Shown: one piece after another, positions 23,187 to 33,105 of the stretch
Layout of the letters: the number at the start of each line of letters is the position of its first letter
How positions within the stretch are numbered: position 1 is the stretch's first letter
Assembly: GCA_050261175.1 (NCBI GenBank)
Contig: JBLNDA010000020.1
Span: 19,756-83,755 of the forward strand
Length of the DNA: 64,000 nucleotides
From: Clostridia bacterium
Lineage (GTDB): Bacteria; Bacillota; SHA-98; UBA4971
Direction: 5' to 3'
Program-made: the position numbers and the translations under genes
The notes under the pieces: generated by a model
Database searches by the model: none
Told to the model about the DNA's origin: nothing
The model's input: only the letters and a program-made list of their open reading frames with translations

Positions 23187-23312
23187 TATATGCCCTGTCA
23201 GCCTGACCTATTATAGCACAGGGCGAATGCGGACGGAAGGCCCGCGCTCTGTCCCCGGTCGCCCCGAGCGGGACGTGGGAGCCGGGCCGCGGAAGGCTCC
23301 ACTTGAAAGGTT

Positions 23313-23591
23313 CTATAAGAGCGAAGGGCGCTGCTGGTCTTGCGGTAGGATGCCCGTGCAGCCAGAGGAGGTGGAAAGGGTGGGTGCGAGCCGGATGCGC
23401 GTTCCCGGCTGCAGGGCGGGATCGAGGAAATGCTGTGGGTCGGTGCTTATGATCCGAACTATCGCGGCCTCGTTCGGAGACAACTGCTCCACGGTCATCG
23501 TAACGCCTCGTATTTCCACGTCCATGAAGGTCCTTTCCTTGTCTATGCCCTCCAGGACCACCTCGAGGGGAAGGACTGTGTAGAGGATCAT
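23313..23591 (-). CDS. Small FeoA/SH3-like domain protein (possibly truncated)
   Basis: Segment [12 protein letters not shown]...[12 protein letters not shown] resembles the FeoA core. The C-terminal part does not conserve the rest of the domain. Weak call. Confidence 0.3.
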   Translation of the reverse strand: MILYTVLPLEVVLEGIDKERTFMDVEIRGVTMTVEQLSPNEAAIVRIISTDPQHFLDPALQPGTRIRLAPTLSTSSGCTGILPQDQQRPSLL

Positions 23592-24421
23592 TGCAGTCGT
23601 GCAGCCTCCCTGCCGGCGGCCTCGGCGCGTCCGGCCCGCTTCTCTGCGATCATCTTATTGAGCACGGAAAGAGCGTCGGAAAGACCTCCCACGGCGTCCA
23701 TGAGGCCGAGGTTGACGGCGTCGCTCCCCACGAGGACCGTACCCACGTCTCTGACGAGCTCTCCTGTGCGGAACATGAGCTCCCGGAACTTCTCCGGGCT
23801 GATCCTCGTGTGCTCGGCCACGAATTTGATGACCCGGTCCTGCATCTTCTCCAAGTACTCGTAAGTCTGGGGCACGCCTATCACAAGCCCCGAGAGCCGC
23901 AAGGGATGCACGGTCACCGTGGCCGTCGAGGCGATGAGACGGTACTTGCAGCTCACAGCGACCGGCAGGGCGATCGAATGGCCGCCCCCGAGCACGAGGG
24001 ACACGGAAGGCTTCGACATGCTCTCGATCATCTCGGCGATGGCGAGCCCGGCCTCCACGTCTCCGCCCACGGTGTTCAGGACCACGAGGAGGCCCTCGAT
24101 GGCAGGGTTCTGTTCAACCGCTACCAGCTGAGGGATGACGTGCTCGTACTTGGTGCTCTTGTTCTGGGGAGGCAAGACGATATGGCCCTCGATTTGGCCG
24201 ATTATCGTCATCACGTGCACGTTGCTCTGCGGCGCCGCGGGAGTGCGCATCTCCCCGAGCTGTTTCAGCGACGTCGCAGCTGACTCCGATGCTTCCGGCG
24301 CCTCGCCTGGCGTCCCGGGCGACGGCGTCCTCTCAGGAACCGGGCTGACCTCGCCGGCGAGATTCACCGGCCTGGTGCCGGGAATCCAAGGTGCACCGCC
24401 GGTGCCGCACCGGTTGCTCAT
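23588..24421 (-). CDS. tepA: ClpP-family TepA-like protein (translocation-enhancing protein)
   Basis: ClpP-like core [12 protein letters not shown]...[18 protein letters not shown]. Best start is ATG 24421, 9 nt after AGGAGG (M10 of ORF 23588..24448). Same rnjB-tepA neighbourhood as B. subtilis. Confidence 0.65.
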   Translation of the reverse strand: MSNRCGTGGAPWIPGTRPVNLAGEVSPVPERTPSPGTPGEAPEASESAATSLKQLGEMRTPAAPQSNVHVMTIIGQIEGHIVLPPQNKSTKYEHVIPQLVAVEQNPAIEGLLVVLNTVGGDVEAGLAIAEMIESMSKPSVSLVLGGGHSIALPVAVSCKYRLIASTATVTVHPLRLSGLVIGVPQTYEYLEKMQDRVIKFVAEHTRISPEKFRELMFRTGELVRDVGTVLVGSDAVNLGLMDAVGGLSDALSVLNKMIAEKRAGRAEAAGREAARLQ

Positions 24422-24444
24422 CTCGTTCAACCTCCTGGTACTGA

Positions 24445-24474
24445 TCACATGCAGTCACATGCAGTCACATGCAG
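24445..24474. repeat. Perfect 10-bp tandem repeat (TCACATGCAG)x3 immediately upstream of the tepA ribosome-binding site
   Basis: Read directly. On the coding (minus) strand it is CTGCATGTGA x3. Confidence 0.5.
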
Positions 24475-24595
24475 AGGGATCGGCTCGAGCCGCGCCGCTA
24501 AGTATTATGCGGCTGCGGCACGCAATTCATACGCCCCAGGGCGGGGCATCCGGAACGAGGAATGAGCGGAACATGAGCGGAAGACGAGGAATGCC

Positions 24596-26296
24596 TCAGG
24601 CTTCGAGCCTGACCCACAGCCTGTCCGCGACAGTTCTCAGGATCCTCATCAAGACCATGAGGAGAATCACCAGGACTCCCGCGACCCCCGCCACGACTCC
24701 CCACTCAGGCAACCCCAGTTTGGTGCAGAATCTCACAGTCACGCCCAGCACGACGATGACGGCCACCCCCATGAGCATGCCTGCCAGCACGTTGAGATTG
24801 GACTTTATGGCCTTCTGCTGGTCGGTCCAGTTCAGCATGGGGCGCCACATGTCGAACAGCACTCCACAGACGCACAGCACGAATGAGGACAGAAAGCCCA
24901 GGATGACCCCCACCAGCACGCTCGAGATGGGCAGCCTGCTCAGATACCCGAGCACCGCGACCCCCGGGAGCGCTCCAAAGGCTATCATGACCTCGGCCCC
25001 CACCGCCTTACCCAGGGCGACCGTCCGCCCGGCCACGGGGAAGCTCCTGGAGATCCAGATGTTTTTCCTTCCTTCGCGGGAGAAGGCAGTGAAAGGAATG
25101 CACGACATAGCCGCAAGGATGAAGAAGTAACCCGCTATGACGAGAGCCCCGATGGCGGCAACCCCGGGTGCCGCCAGCAACGCGCTCCACAGGCCGGCGA
25201 CTTCGGGAGAGCTCCTCGCGAAGAACATCACCACGAACATGACCGGGAATATCACAAACCCGGTGAACCCGTTCAGCACGAACACGGGAGTCCGCGTGAA
25301 GAGCTTCATCTCCGCGACGGCCAGCGAAACCGCGGGCGAGCGTGGGGCATATGTCGCCACGTGTTCCTTCGCCGCACGACGCGCGGCTCTCGTCACCCCC
25401 GCCTCGAAACCGCTGAGCACGCCCTGGTAGAAAACTCTTTCGCCGATGGCGAGAAGAACCACAAACCCGAGAGCGCCGGCGGCAAGGAAAGCCGCTAGAC
25501 TCGAAAGGCCCTGCCACGTGCCGGACAGCGCGAGCGCCTTCGTCGCCCATACGCTCGGCGGGAACCGCGCCCCAACGATGTCCACGAGGCCGTCGGCGGT
25601 CGCAAGCATCTTCGCGAGGAACTCAGCTTCCTCTCCGGCACCCGGAGCCTGCAACTGCACGAGCAACTGAAGGACTACCACCACGGCTACGAAAAGGAAA
25701 CCTCCTATCATGGCCAGAGTGTCCTTCCGTCTGGACAGCCCCACGACCCTCATGAGGAGAATCGCCGGAACGGCGGCAAGCACCAATGGCACTAGGGGGA
25801 CAGCCAGGAAGACCAGGATGGCGGACACGGCGTAAGGGACGACGTTTACCCCGGCGTGGACCCCGTACGCCGCGAGAACGGGGACTATGAACACCGCGAG
25901 GCCCACGTACTCGTTGGCGAGGATCACGGCGAACTTGCTCGCGATCACCTCAGCCGGCCGAAGCGGAAACGGGATCAAGACAGAAAGGTCGTTCGAGAAG
26001 TAGAACACCGCTATGACCAGGACGAACCCGAGAACGAGCACTATGACCTGCGCGAGGAGGACACCCAGAGTCAGCGTGACAGCTCCCTGCCCGACCGCGG
26101 CGGCCGCTGAATAGTAGTACGACGCCGCCCTGTAAATACCGAAAGCGAGCACGGCCGCGGCACTGACTATGCTGAGTGCTATCAGGACAGGCTCCCACAA
26201 GCGCTGGCGCTTCTTGAGGTAATAGTACCGTGAGTGAGATATGGCGAAATTCATGTTGAGCTGGGCGAGGATGAGGGAGACGACCCGCCTTGCCAT
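24596..26296 (-). CDS. ABC transporter permease (large polytopic ABC-2-like exporter subunit)
   Basis: About 566 aa and highly hydrophobic throughout. ATG at 26296 lies 1 nt after the upstream ATPase stop. The ORF-track GTG start at 26374 would overlap the ATPase by 77 nt. Confidence 0.65.
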   Translation of the reverse strand: MARRVVSLILAQLNMNFAISHSRYYYLKKRQRLWEPVLIALSIVSAAAVLAFGIYRAASYYYSAAAAVGQGAVTLTLGVLLAQVIVLVLGFVLVIAVFYFSNDLSVLIPFPLRPAEVIASKFAVILANEYVGLAVFIVPVLAAYGVHAGVNVVPYAVSAILVFLAVPLVPLVLAAVPAILLMRVVGLSRRKDTLAMIGGFLFVAVVVVLQLLVQLQAPGAGEEAEFLAKMLATADGLVDIVGARFPPSVWATKALALSGTWQGLSSLAAFLAAGALGFVVLLAIGERVFYQGVLSGFEAGVTRAARRAAKEHVATYAPRSPAVSLAVAEMKLFTRTPVFVLNGFTGFVIFPVMFVVMFFARSSPEVAGLWSALLAAPGVAAIGALVIAGYFFILAAMSCIPFTAFSREGRKNIWISRSFPVAGRTVALGKAVGAEVMIAFGALPGVAVLGYLSRLPISSVLVGVILGFLSSFVLCVCGVLFDMWRPMLNWTDQQKAIKSNLNVLAGMLMGVAVIVVLGVTVRFCTKLGLPEWGVVAGVAGVLVILLMVLMRILRTVADRLWVRLEA

Positions 26297-26297
26297 G

Positions 26298-27053
26298 CTA
26301 GTTCGCCTCCCCCTCCGCGGTAAGCTCGAGGAATATGTCCTCGAGTGTCTCGTCCGCCTGTTTGCGGCGCTCACGAAGCTCCTCGACGCTCCCGCACGCG
26401 ATCAGGCGCCCTCTGTTGATGATTCCCACCCGGTCGCAGAGCCTCTCCGCGACTTCGAGGATGTGCGTGGAGAAGAAAACGGTGTGTCCTTTGTCGCAAT
26501 GGTTCCTCATCATGTCTTTGAAAAGGCGCGACGCCTTTGGGTCCAGCCCGACCATGGGTTCGTCGAGGATGAACACCCGCGGCTCGTGGAGAAGCGCGCT
26601 GATGAGGGCAAGCTTCTGTTTCATCCCGTGCGAGTAACTCTGGATGACGTCGCGGGCGGCCGGCTCGAGCTCGAACAGCTCAAGGAGCTCGGCGATGCGT
26701 CGCCTCCTCTCGTCCCGGGAAACGCCGAAGATGTCGGCCACGAGGTTGAGGTACTCGATTCCGGTGAGCCGGTCGTAGAGGTCGGGGTTGTCCGGAACGT
26801 ATCCGATATCCGCCTTGGCAGCCACAGGCTCTTTGGCCACATCATGGTCGTTCACCAGGATGGTACCCTTGTCGGCCCTGAGAAGCCCCACGATCATCTT
26901 TATGGTCGTGGTCTTCCCCGCCCCGTTAGGGCCGAGAAACCCGAATATCTCCCCGGCGCGGACTTCGAGGGAGAGATTGTCCACCGCGGGCTTCGTTCCA
27001 CCGCTGTAGGTCTTGGAGACCCCGTCCATCCTTAGCAACACCATCCCGCCCAT
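26298..27053 (-). CDS. ABC transporter ATP-binding protein
   Basis: 251 aa. Walker A GPNGAGKTT. Signature SHGMKQKLAL. Walker B ILDEP. Confidence 0.85.
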   Translation of the reverse strand: MGGMVLLRMDGVSKTYSGGTKPAVDNLSLEVRAGEIFGFLGPNGAGKTTTIKMIVGLLRADKGTILVNDHDVAKEPVAAKADIGYVPDNPDLYDRLTGIEYLNLVADIFGVSRDERRRRIAELLELFELEPAARDVIQSYSHGMKQKLALISALLHEPRVFILDEPMVGLDPKASRLFKDMMRNHCDKGHTVFFSTHILEVAERLCDRVGIINRGRLIACGSVEELRERRKQADETLEDIFLELTAEGEAN

Positions 27054-27137
27054 AGCCGCGCCGCACTCCTTTCAAATCGAACGATGAAACCCGCCGCCTC
27101 TGCGTGCTCCGGCCCACGAGGCGCCGCAGGGCCCCGA

Positions 27138-28802
27138 CTACACCTCCATCACAATGGGCAGGACCATGGGCCGCCGGCGGATCTTCTGGTAAACGAATTC
27201 CGCGAGGGCCTCGCGGACCCTGTTCTTGATCGTGCCCCATTCGGTTATCCCCTGAGCCGAGCAGCGCGAGATGACGTCGCGCACCGCGCTTTCCGCTTCC
27301 TTGAGGAGCGCTTCGGACTCTTTTACGTACACGAAACCCCTCGAGACTATGTCAGGCCCCGCCACGACCTCGGCCGTTTGCTTGTCCACGGTAACGACGA
27401 CCACGAGTATGCCGTCCTGGGCGAGCACCTTGCGGTCCCGCAGCACCACGTTCCCGACGTCGCCGACGCCCAGTCCGTCCACGAGCACCTGCCCGGCGTC
27501 CACCTTGCCGCCGAGGCGCGCGCCTTCCTTGGTGAACTCCAGGACGTCCCCGATGTCGAGGATGAAGACGTTCTCCGGCGGTATCCCCACCTGTTCAGCG
27601 AGGCGCGCGTGCTTCACGAGGTGGCGGTACTCACCGTGTATGGGCACGAAGTACTTCGGGCGAGTGAGGTTGATCATGAGCTTGAGCTCTTCTTGGCTCG
27701 CGTGGCCGGATGCGTGCACACCCGAGAACTTCTCGTAGATGACGTCCGCCCCCTGCCTGAACAGATGGTTTATGGTCCGGCCGATGAGCTTTTCGTTGCC
27801 GGGAATCGGAGACGCCGAGATTATCACCGTGTCCCCGGGGCGGATCCCCACCTTCTTGTGGGTCGCCATCGCCATGCGCGCCAGGGCGGACATCGGCTCC
27901 CCTTGAGTACCCGTGGTGATGATGGTCAGCCCATCGGCGGGAACCTTGTCAACCTCATCCACGGGAACGAGCATTCCGGGAGGAATGACGAGATACCCTA
28001 GGTTCGTAGCTATCTCTACCGTGTTCTCAAGGCTCCGGCCGATGACGGCGACCTTCCTCCCGAACTCCCACGATGCATCCACTATCTGCTGCACCCTATG
28101 GATGTTCGAAGCGAACGTCGCGACGAGGATCCTTCCCTCGGCTTTGCTGAACACGTCTTCGAACGCTCTGCCCACCTCGCGCTCGGACATGGTGTACCCT
28201 GGGCGCTCCGCATTCGTCGAATCTGAAAGGAGAGCCAGCACTCCACGCGAGCCGAGCTCCGCGAACTTTCGAAAGTCCGGCGCCTCCTCGCCGATGGGCG
28301 TCTGGTCGAACTTGAAGTCCGCCGTGTGGACCAAGAGCCCTGCGGGTGTCGTGATGGCGAGCGCCACTACGTCGGCGATGCTGTGGCTCACCCGGACGAA
28401 CTCGACGGTAAACGGTCCCAACGAAAGAGTTTCCCCGGCCTTCACGCACTGCGGGGGAAAACCCGGAGAGACGCCGTGCTCCGCGAGCCGTCCTTCCACG
28501 AGCCCGAGCGTCAATCTGGTCCCGTATATCCTGGTGCTCACTTGCTTTAAAATGTATGGCAGCGCGCCGATGTGGTCCTCGTGACCGTGGGTGAGGATGA
28601 TCCCCCGTATGCGGTCCTGGTTTGCCACAAGGTACGAGACATCGGGGATCACCAGGTCGATGCCGAGCATCTCTTCTTCCGGGAAAGCCACCCCCGCATC
28701 GACCACGAGTATGTCCCCGTTGTACTCGATAGCCGTCATGTTCTTGCCGATCTCGCCTACCCCGCCGAGGGGTACGATGGAAAGCCTGTCGTCTCTCGCC
28801 AC
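27138..28802 (-). CDS. rnj: Ribonuclease J (metallo-beta-lactamase / beta-CASP)
   Basis: Motifs HGHEDHIGALPY and IVPLGGVGEIGKNM. Likely GTG start at 28802. Follows dapA as rnjB does in the B. subtilis spoVF-dapG-dapA-rnjB locus. Confidence 0.85.
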   Translation of the reverse strand: MARDDRLSIVPLGGVGEIGKNMTAIEYNGDILVVDAGVAFPEEEMLGIDLVIPDVSYLVANQDRIRGIILTHGHEDHIGALPYILKQVSTRIYGTRLTLGLVEGRLAEHGVSPGFPPQCVKAGETLSLGPFTVEFVRVSHSIADVVALAITTPAGLLVHTADFKFDQTPIGEEAPDFRKFAELGSRGVLALLSDSTNAERPGYTMSEREVGRAFEDVFSKAEGRILVATFASNIHRVQQIVDASWEFGRKVAVIGRSLENTVEIATNLGYLVIPPGMLVPVDEVDKVPADGLTIITTGTQGEPMSALARMAMATHKKVGIRPGDTVIISASPIPGNEKLIGRTINHLFRQGADVIYEKFSGVHASGHASQEELKLMINLTRPKYFVPIHGEYRHLVKHARLAEQVGIPPENVFILDIGDVLEFTKEGARLGGKVDAGQVLVDGLGVGDVGNVVLRDRKVLAQDGILVVVVTVDKQTAEVVAGPDIVSRGFVYVKESEALLKEAESAVRDVISRCSAQGITEWGTIKNRVREALAEFVYQKIRRRPMVLPIVMEV

Positions 28803-29003
28803 GCCCTTCGTGTCACCATCTTTACGAACCCGTCCGGGGCCCCGTACTCGCGGACAGAGAGCCCCGAGCGGACAAGTCATCTGGATGCAATTGTAACACA
28901 ACGCGGCGGGCGTCTCAAGGCCGGCTCCCCGCCCGTAGCCGGTCCGCCTGGCCTCCGCCCGCCGGATACCCGTTCATGGAATCGTCCCGGCCCGCCCGCC
29001 GGG

Positions 29004-29888
29004 TCATGCCACGAGCCCCAAGTCCGAAAGCGCCTGGCGCACGATGGCGGCCTCTTTCTCGCCGGCTTCCACGAGAGGCGGCCGCAGCCCTCCGACATCG
29101 AACCCGGTGAGTCTGAGCGCGAGCTTCACTGGGATCGGGTTCGTCGTCACGAAGAGCGCCTTGAAAAGCGGGAAAAGCTCTGAGTTGATCTGAGCGGCCT
29201 TCGCCACCTGGCCGGAGACGTACGCCTCAACCATCTCTCTCAGCCGCTTTCCAGCGACGTGCGAAGCCACGCTGATGATGCCTTCGCCGCCCACCGCAAG
29301 GATCGGAAGGGTCAGGCTGTCGTCGCCGCTGTATATCTTGAACGAGGACGGCGTCCGCCGGCGAATGTCAGTCACCTGGTCGAGGCTGCCGCTCGCCTCT
29401 TTCACCGCGACGATGTTCTCCACTCTTGCCAGCTTCTCGACGGTCTCGGGCGTCATGTTCATGCCCGTCCTCCCGGGTATGTTGTAGAGGATGACCGGAA
29501 GGCTCGTGGCCGCGGCAATCGCCTTGAAGTGGGCGACGAGCCCGTCCTGCGGCGGCTTGTTGTAGTATGGTACGACCGCCATGACCCCGTGAACCCCGAC
29601 CTTCTCGGCCGCACGCGTGAGTTCGACGCTGGACTCCGTGGCGTTCCCACCCGTGCCGGCGATGACCGCCGCTTCTCTGCCGACCGCCTCAGTGACCACC
29701 CGGAACATGTTCACTTTCTCCTCTTTCGTGAGCGTCGGCGACTCACCTGTCGTTCCCGCCACCACGATCCCGTCGGAGCCCGAGTCGACCAGCTTCCTTG
29801 CAAGCTCCGCCGCCCTGTCGTAGTCGACCTTGAGGTCGGGCGTGAACGGGGTGACCATGGCGGTGAGCACTCGTCCGAAGCTCCTCAT
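29004..29888 (-). CDS. dapA: 4-hydroxy-tetrahydrodipicolinate synthase
   Basis: ATG at 29888 (M92 of ORF 29004..30161). TAMVTPF and GTTGESPTL motifs; active-site Lys region AVKEASG. Confidence 0.85.
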   Translation of the reverse strand: MRSFGRVLTAMVTPFTPDLKVDYDRAAELARKLVDSGSDGIVVAGTTGESPTLTKEEKVNMFRVVTEAVGREAAVIAGTGGNATESSVELTRAAEKVGVHGVMAVVPYYNKPPQDGLVAHFKAIAAATSLPVILYNIPGRTGMNMTPETVEKLARVENIVAVKEASGSLDQVTDIRRRTPSSFKIYSGDDSLTLPILAVGGEGIISVASHVAGKRLREMVEAYVSGQVAKAAQINSELFPLFKALFVTTNPIPVKLALRLTGFDVGGLRPPLVEAGEKEAAIVRQALSDLGLVA

Positions 29889-29959
29889 ACGAGCATCCCT
29901 CCAGCGAAATTGTAGTTCCCGCAGTCCGTGGCACGTGTCACTGGTTCCGCCCTCGAAGC

Positions 29960-31192
29960 TCACGCCCCGAGGCCGAATTTTGCGTGCAGTCCCCTCATGG
30001 CTTTCTGCATGTCGTCTTTCCTCACGAGACACGATATGCTGGCGTGGGAGTCCGATGTCTGGTATATAGGCACTCCCGCCTCCGTGAGCGCCTCCACTAC
30101 ACGGGCCATGACCCCCGGCACGCCCCTCATGCCCGCCCCGACAACGGACACCTTCGCGCAACCCCGCACCATTCCTATGGTAAGCCCGTCGAGGTCGAGC
30201 CCTTTCAGGACGGCAACGGCGGTCTCGACCACGTCTTCACTCACAGTAAAGCAGATGAGCTCGGGAAACACGTTGATGAGGTCCACGCTTATGCCCGCGT
30301 CGGCGAGCGCCCGGAACACGCTTCTCGCGATGCCCGACTCGTTGACGTCCCTCGACGAATCGATGCGGATCTGCGCGACGTTGGTGATGTGAGTCACGCC
30401 CGTGGCCACCTTGTCAGAGCGTATCACTGCCCCGTCGGGGGACGCCCCGGTGCCCGTCACGAGGGTGCCCGGCTCATCAGAGAAAGTGTTCTTGATGCGT
30501 ATCGGAATACCACCCTCCATTGCTATCTCCACGGCCCTTGGGTGGACGACCTTCGCCCCGAGGTGCGCCATCTCGACGCATTCCCGATAAGTCATTATTC
30601 GCAAGGATCTTGCGTCCGGCACGATCCTCGGGTCTGCGGTCATGATCCCCTCCACGTCTGTGTATATCTCGATGACCTCGGCCCCCAGGGCCACTGCGAG
30701 GGCCGCAGCTGTGGTGTCGCTGCCGCCCCTGCCGAGGGTGGTGACATCGCCTGACCTCGTCATGCCCTGGAACCCCGCAACCACAACCACCCTGCCATCG
30801 TGCAGGTGTTCGAGCACCCGCTCGGGATGGACCTCGAGAATGCTGGTGTTCCCGAAGTTGTCATCAGTTATGATGCCCGCCTGGGCGCCCGTGAGCCCCG
30901 CCGCGGGGCACCCCATCGCTCGGAGCGTTTGGGCCATCAATACGGTCGAGATCACTTCGCCGCACGATAAAACGAGGTCCAGCTCGCGCCCGTCAACCTC
31001 GCTGTGTGCCTTCCGGACGAGCTCTATCAGCGTATCCGTGGCGTAGGGCTCCCCCATCCTCCCCATCGCCGACACTACCACAACAGGCGAATAGCCGCGC
31101 GACTTCGCCTCCAGCACCCTGGTCGCCGCACGGGCTCTCTGAGCGGGCGTCGCGACTGACGTGCCTCCAAACTTCTGCACCAGGATTTTCAC
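29960..31192 (-). CDS. dapG: Aspartate kinase
   Basis: GTG at 31192 after GAGGTGA, giving MKILVQKFGGTSV, the same N-terminus as B. subtilis DapG. C-terminal ACT domains. Confidence 0.85.
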   Translation of the reverse strand: MKILVQKFGGTSVATPAQRARAATRVLEAKSRGYSPVVVVSAMGRMGEPYATDTLIELVRKAHSEVDGRELDLVLSCGEVISTVLMAQTLRAMGCPAAGLTGAQAGIITDDNFGNTSILEVHPERVLEHLHDGRVVVVAGFQGMTRSGDVTTLGRGGSDTTAAALAVALGAEVIEIYTDVEGIMTADPRIVPDARSLRIMTYRECVEMAHLGAKVVHPRAVEIAMEGGIPIRIKNTFSDEPGTLVTGTGASPDGAVIRSDKVATGVTHITNVAQIRIDSSRDVNESGIARSVFRALADAGISVDLINVFPELICFTVSEDVVETAVAVLKGLDLDGLTIGMVRGCAKVSVVGAGMRGVPGVMARVVEALTEAGVPIYQTSDSHASISCLVRKDDMQKAMRGLHAKFGLGA

Positions 31193-31293
31193 GGCTTTCA
31201 CCTCGCCCGAGTCTTTGAGTCCCGCCTCCGGTCGGCGAGCCATACATCCTGGATGCGCCCGGTATTTGCGTTCCGCGCCGCATCGCGCGGACT

Positions 31294-32325
31294 CTAGATA
31301 ACGCCCTGTCGAAGGGCCTCCTCGGCTATTTGCACGGCGTTCAGCGCCGCCCCCTTCCGAAGCTGGTCGCCGACGACCCAGAGGTTCAGGCCGCACTCGA
31401 TGGAGTTGTCCTCGCGTACCCGCCCGACCTGCACCTCATTCTTCCCCGCCGCCAACAGGGGCATAGGATACAGCATCTTCTCCGGGTCGTCCACCACGCT
31501 CACTCCAGGAGCCCGCGCCAGGATCTCGCGGACCTCCTCCCGGCAGAGCTTCCTCCGTGTCTCGATGTTGAGCGACTCCGAGTGGCATCGTTCCACCGGC
31601 ACGCGCACCGTCGTCGCGGTCACCGCGATGCCGGGCCCCATTATCTTCTCGGTTTCGCGCACCATCTTCCATTCTTCCTTGGTGTATCCCATGTCCTGAA
31701 ACACGTCTATCTGCGGGATCAGGTTGAACGCTATCTGGTAGTGCCTAGGGGCGGACGCGAACGGCAAGGCCCCCGGGGTCACGGTCCCGCCCGCGAGGTA
31801 CGCCCGGGCCTCCTCGAAGAGCGCGCTCATCGCCCGCGCGCCCGCGCCTGAGACCGCCTGATACGTGGAGACCACAACCCTCTTCACCGTGGCCGCGTCA
31901 TGGATCGGCTTCAGGACTACGACCATTATGATCGTGGAACAGTTTGGGTTCGCTATGATGCCGGAGTGCTTTGCTATGTCACCCGGGTTTACCTCCGGTA
32001 CCACCAGAGGCACCTCCGGATCCATGCGGAATGCGCTGGAATTGTCTATCACGAGGACGCCGGCCCGCGCCGCGGGAGGTGCGTATTCCCTCGACACCGA
32101 AGCTCCGGCGGAGAAGAACGCGAGGTCGTGTCCGGCGAGCCCCGCCTCCGACAGCGCTCGCACTGGGAGGTTCTCGCCCAGGAAGCGCATGGTCTTCCCC
32201 TCCGACCTCGCTGACGCGAACAGAGAGAGCGTGGCACAGGGGAAGTTCCTCTCCTGGAGCACACGCAGGAACTCCTGGCCGACCGCCCCCGTTGCCCCAA
32301 CTACGGCCACTTTCAGTTTGTGCAC
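31294..32325 (-). CDS. asd: Aspartate-semialdehyde dehydrogenase
   Basis: 343 aa. VAVVGATGAVG Rossmann motif. Active-site Cys in NPNCSTI. Confidence 0.9.
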   Translation of the reverse strand: MHKLKVAVVGATGAVGQEFLRVLQERNFPCATLSLFASARSEGKTMRFLGENLPVRALSEAGLAGHDLAFFSAGASVSREYAPPAARAGVLVIDNSSAFRMDPEVPLVVPEVNPGDIAKHSGIIANPNCSTIIMVVVLKPIHDAATVKRVVVSTYQAVSGAGARAMSALFEEARAYLAGGTVTPGALPFASAPRHYQIAFNLIPQIDVFQDMGYTKEEWKMVRETEKIMGPGIAVTATTVRVPVERCHSESLNIETRRKLCREEVREILARAPGVSVVDDPEKMLYPMPLLAAGKNEVQVGRVREDNSIECGLNLWVVGDQLRKGAALNAVQIAEEALRQGVI

Positions 32326-32453
32326 GGTTCTCCCCTCTCAACGCGGTCCCGGGCGCTCGGCGCGAATCTGAGTCTGACGCCGCGCGGACAACGGCCAGCT
32401 GTACGCGACGCCCGGCGTCGCACGCGCCGCTCCCCCGGGGTACCGCACGAGCG

Positions 32454-33068
32454 TTACCTTACGTTAGCATATCCCGCATGCCTCTTCCTGTCAACAAGCA
32501 GGGGCTGGATCTGCCTTCCCTCCAGCGCTCCCACGACTGCGTCCACCATGAGGCTCATGTCGCTCACGAGAGAGTTGGGCTTGCTCTCGGGGGCATCCTG
32601 GCCGAAGGGGATCACGTAAACGTTCTTGGTATTGAGCAGGATGCCCAGGTTCTTGGCGTTCGCTCCGAGAGCGTCGTTCGTGGAGATCCCGAGGACCAGC
32701 GGCCGGCTGTTGCGCAGAGTCGACTTCGCCGCCATGAGCACCGGCCCGTCGGTGATGCCAAGCGCCAGCTTGGCAAGGGTATTCCCCGTGCACGGCGCGA
32801 TGACCAGGGCGTCGAGGGCCTTCCCCGGCCCCAAGGGCTCCACCTCCTGGATGGTGCATACCGGCTCCTTCCCGGTGATCTGCTCCAGCTTGCGCGCGAT
32901 GTCGGCGGCCTTCCCGAACCGGGTGTTCTGTGTCGCGACCTTCTCCGACAAGATGGGGTACACATCGGCTCCCTCGGCAACCAGTCTCTCGATTTCCGGC
33001 AGGACTTCGGGGATCGTGCAGAAGGACCCGGTCAACGCGACGCCAACTTTCTTGCCAGCAAGTCGCAT
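32454..33068 (-). CDS. dpaB: Dipicolinate synthase subunit B (flavoprotein)
   Basis: 204 aa. MRLAGKKVGVALTGSFCT flavoprotein N-terminus. Sits between dpaA and asd. Confidence 0.8.
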   Translation of the reverse strand: MRLAGKKVGVALTGSFCTIPEVLPEIERLVAEGADVYPILSEKVATQNTRFGKAADIARKLEQITGKEPVCTIQEVEPLGPGKALDALVIAPCTGNTLAKLALGITDGPVLMAAKSTLRNSRPLVLGISTNDALGANAKNLGILLNTKNVYVIPFGQDAPESKPNSLVSDMSLMVDAVVGALEGRQIQPLLVDRKRHAGYANVR

Positions 33069-33105
33069 GGATTACACCTCCAGCACGTGTTGCGCACTTC
33101 GCGGG

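Noticed and set aside
23313-23591. YlmC/YmxH PRC-barrel identity for the 92-aa ORF, expected by analogy with the B. subtilis ymxG-ymxH-spoVF arrangement
   Set aside because: The sequence does not show the PRC-barrel pattern. It has only a weak FeoA/SH3-like resemblance and sits in a different neighbourhood, so it was kept as a low-confidence FeoA-like call.
31193-31293. Lysine riboswitch (L-box) upstream of the aspartate kinase gene
   Set aside because: Only about 100 nt separate asd and dapG, which is too short for an L-box. The genes appear co-transcribed from the dpaA promoter, as in B. subtilis.
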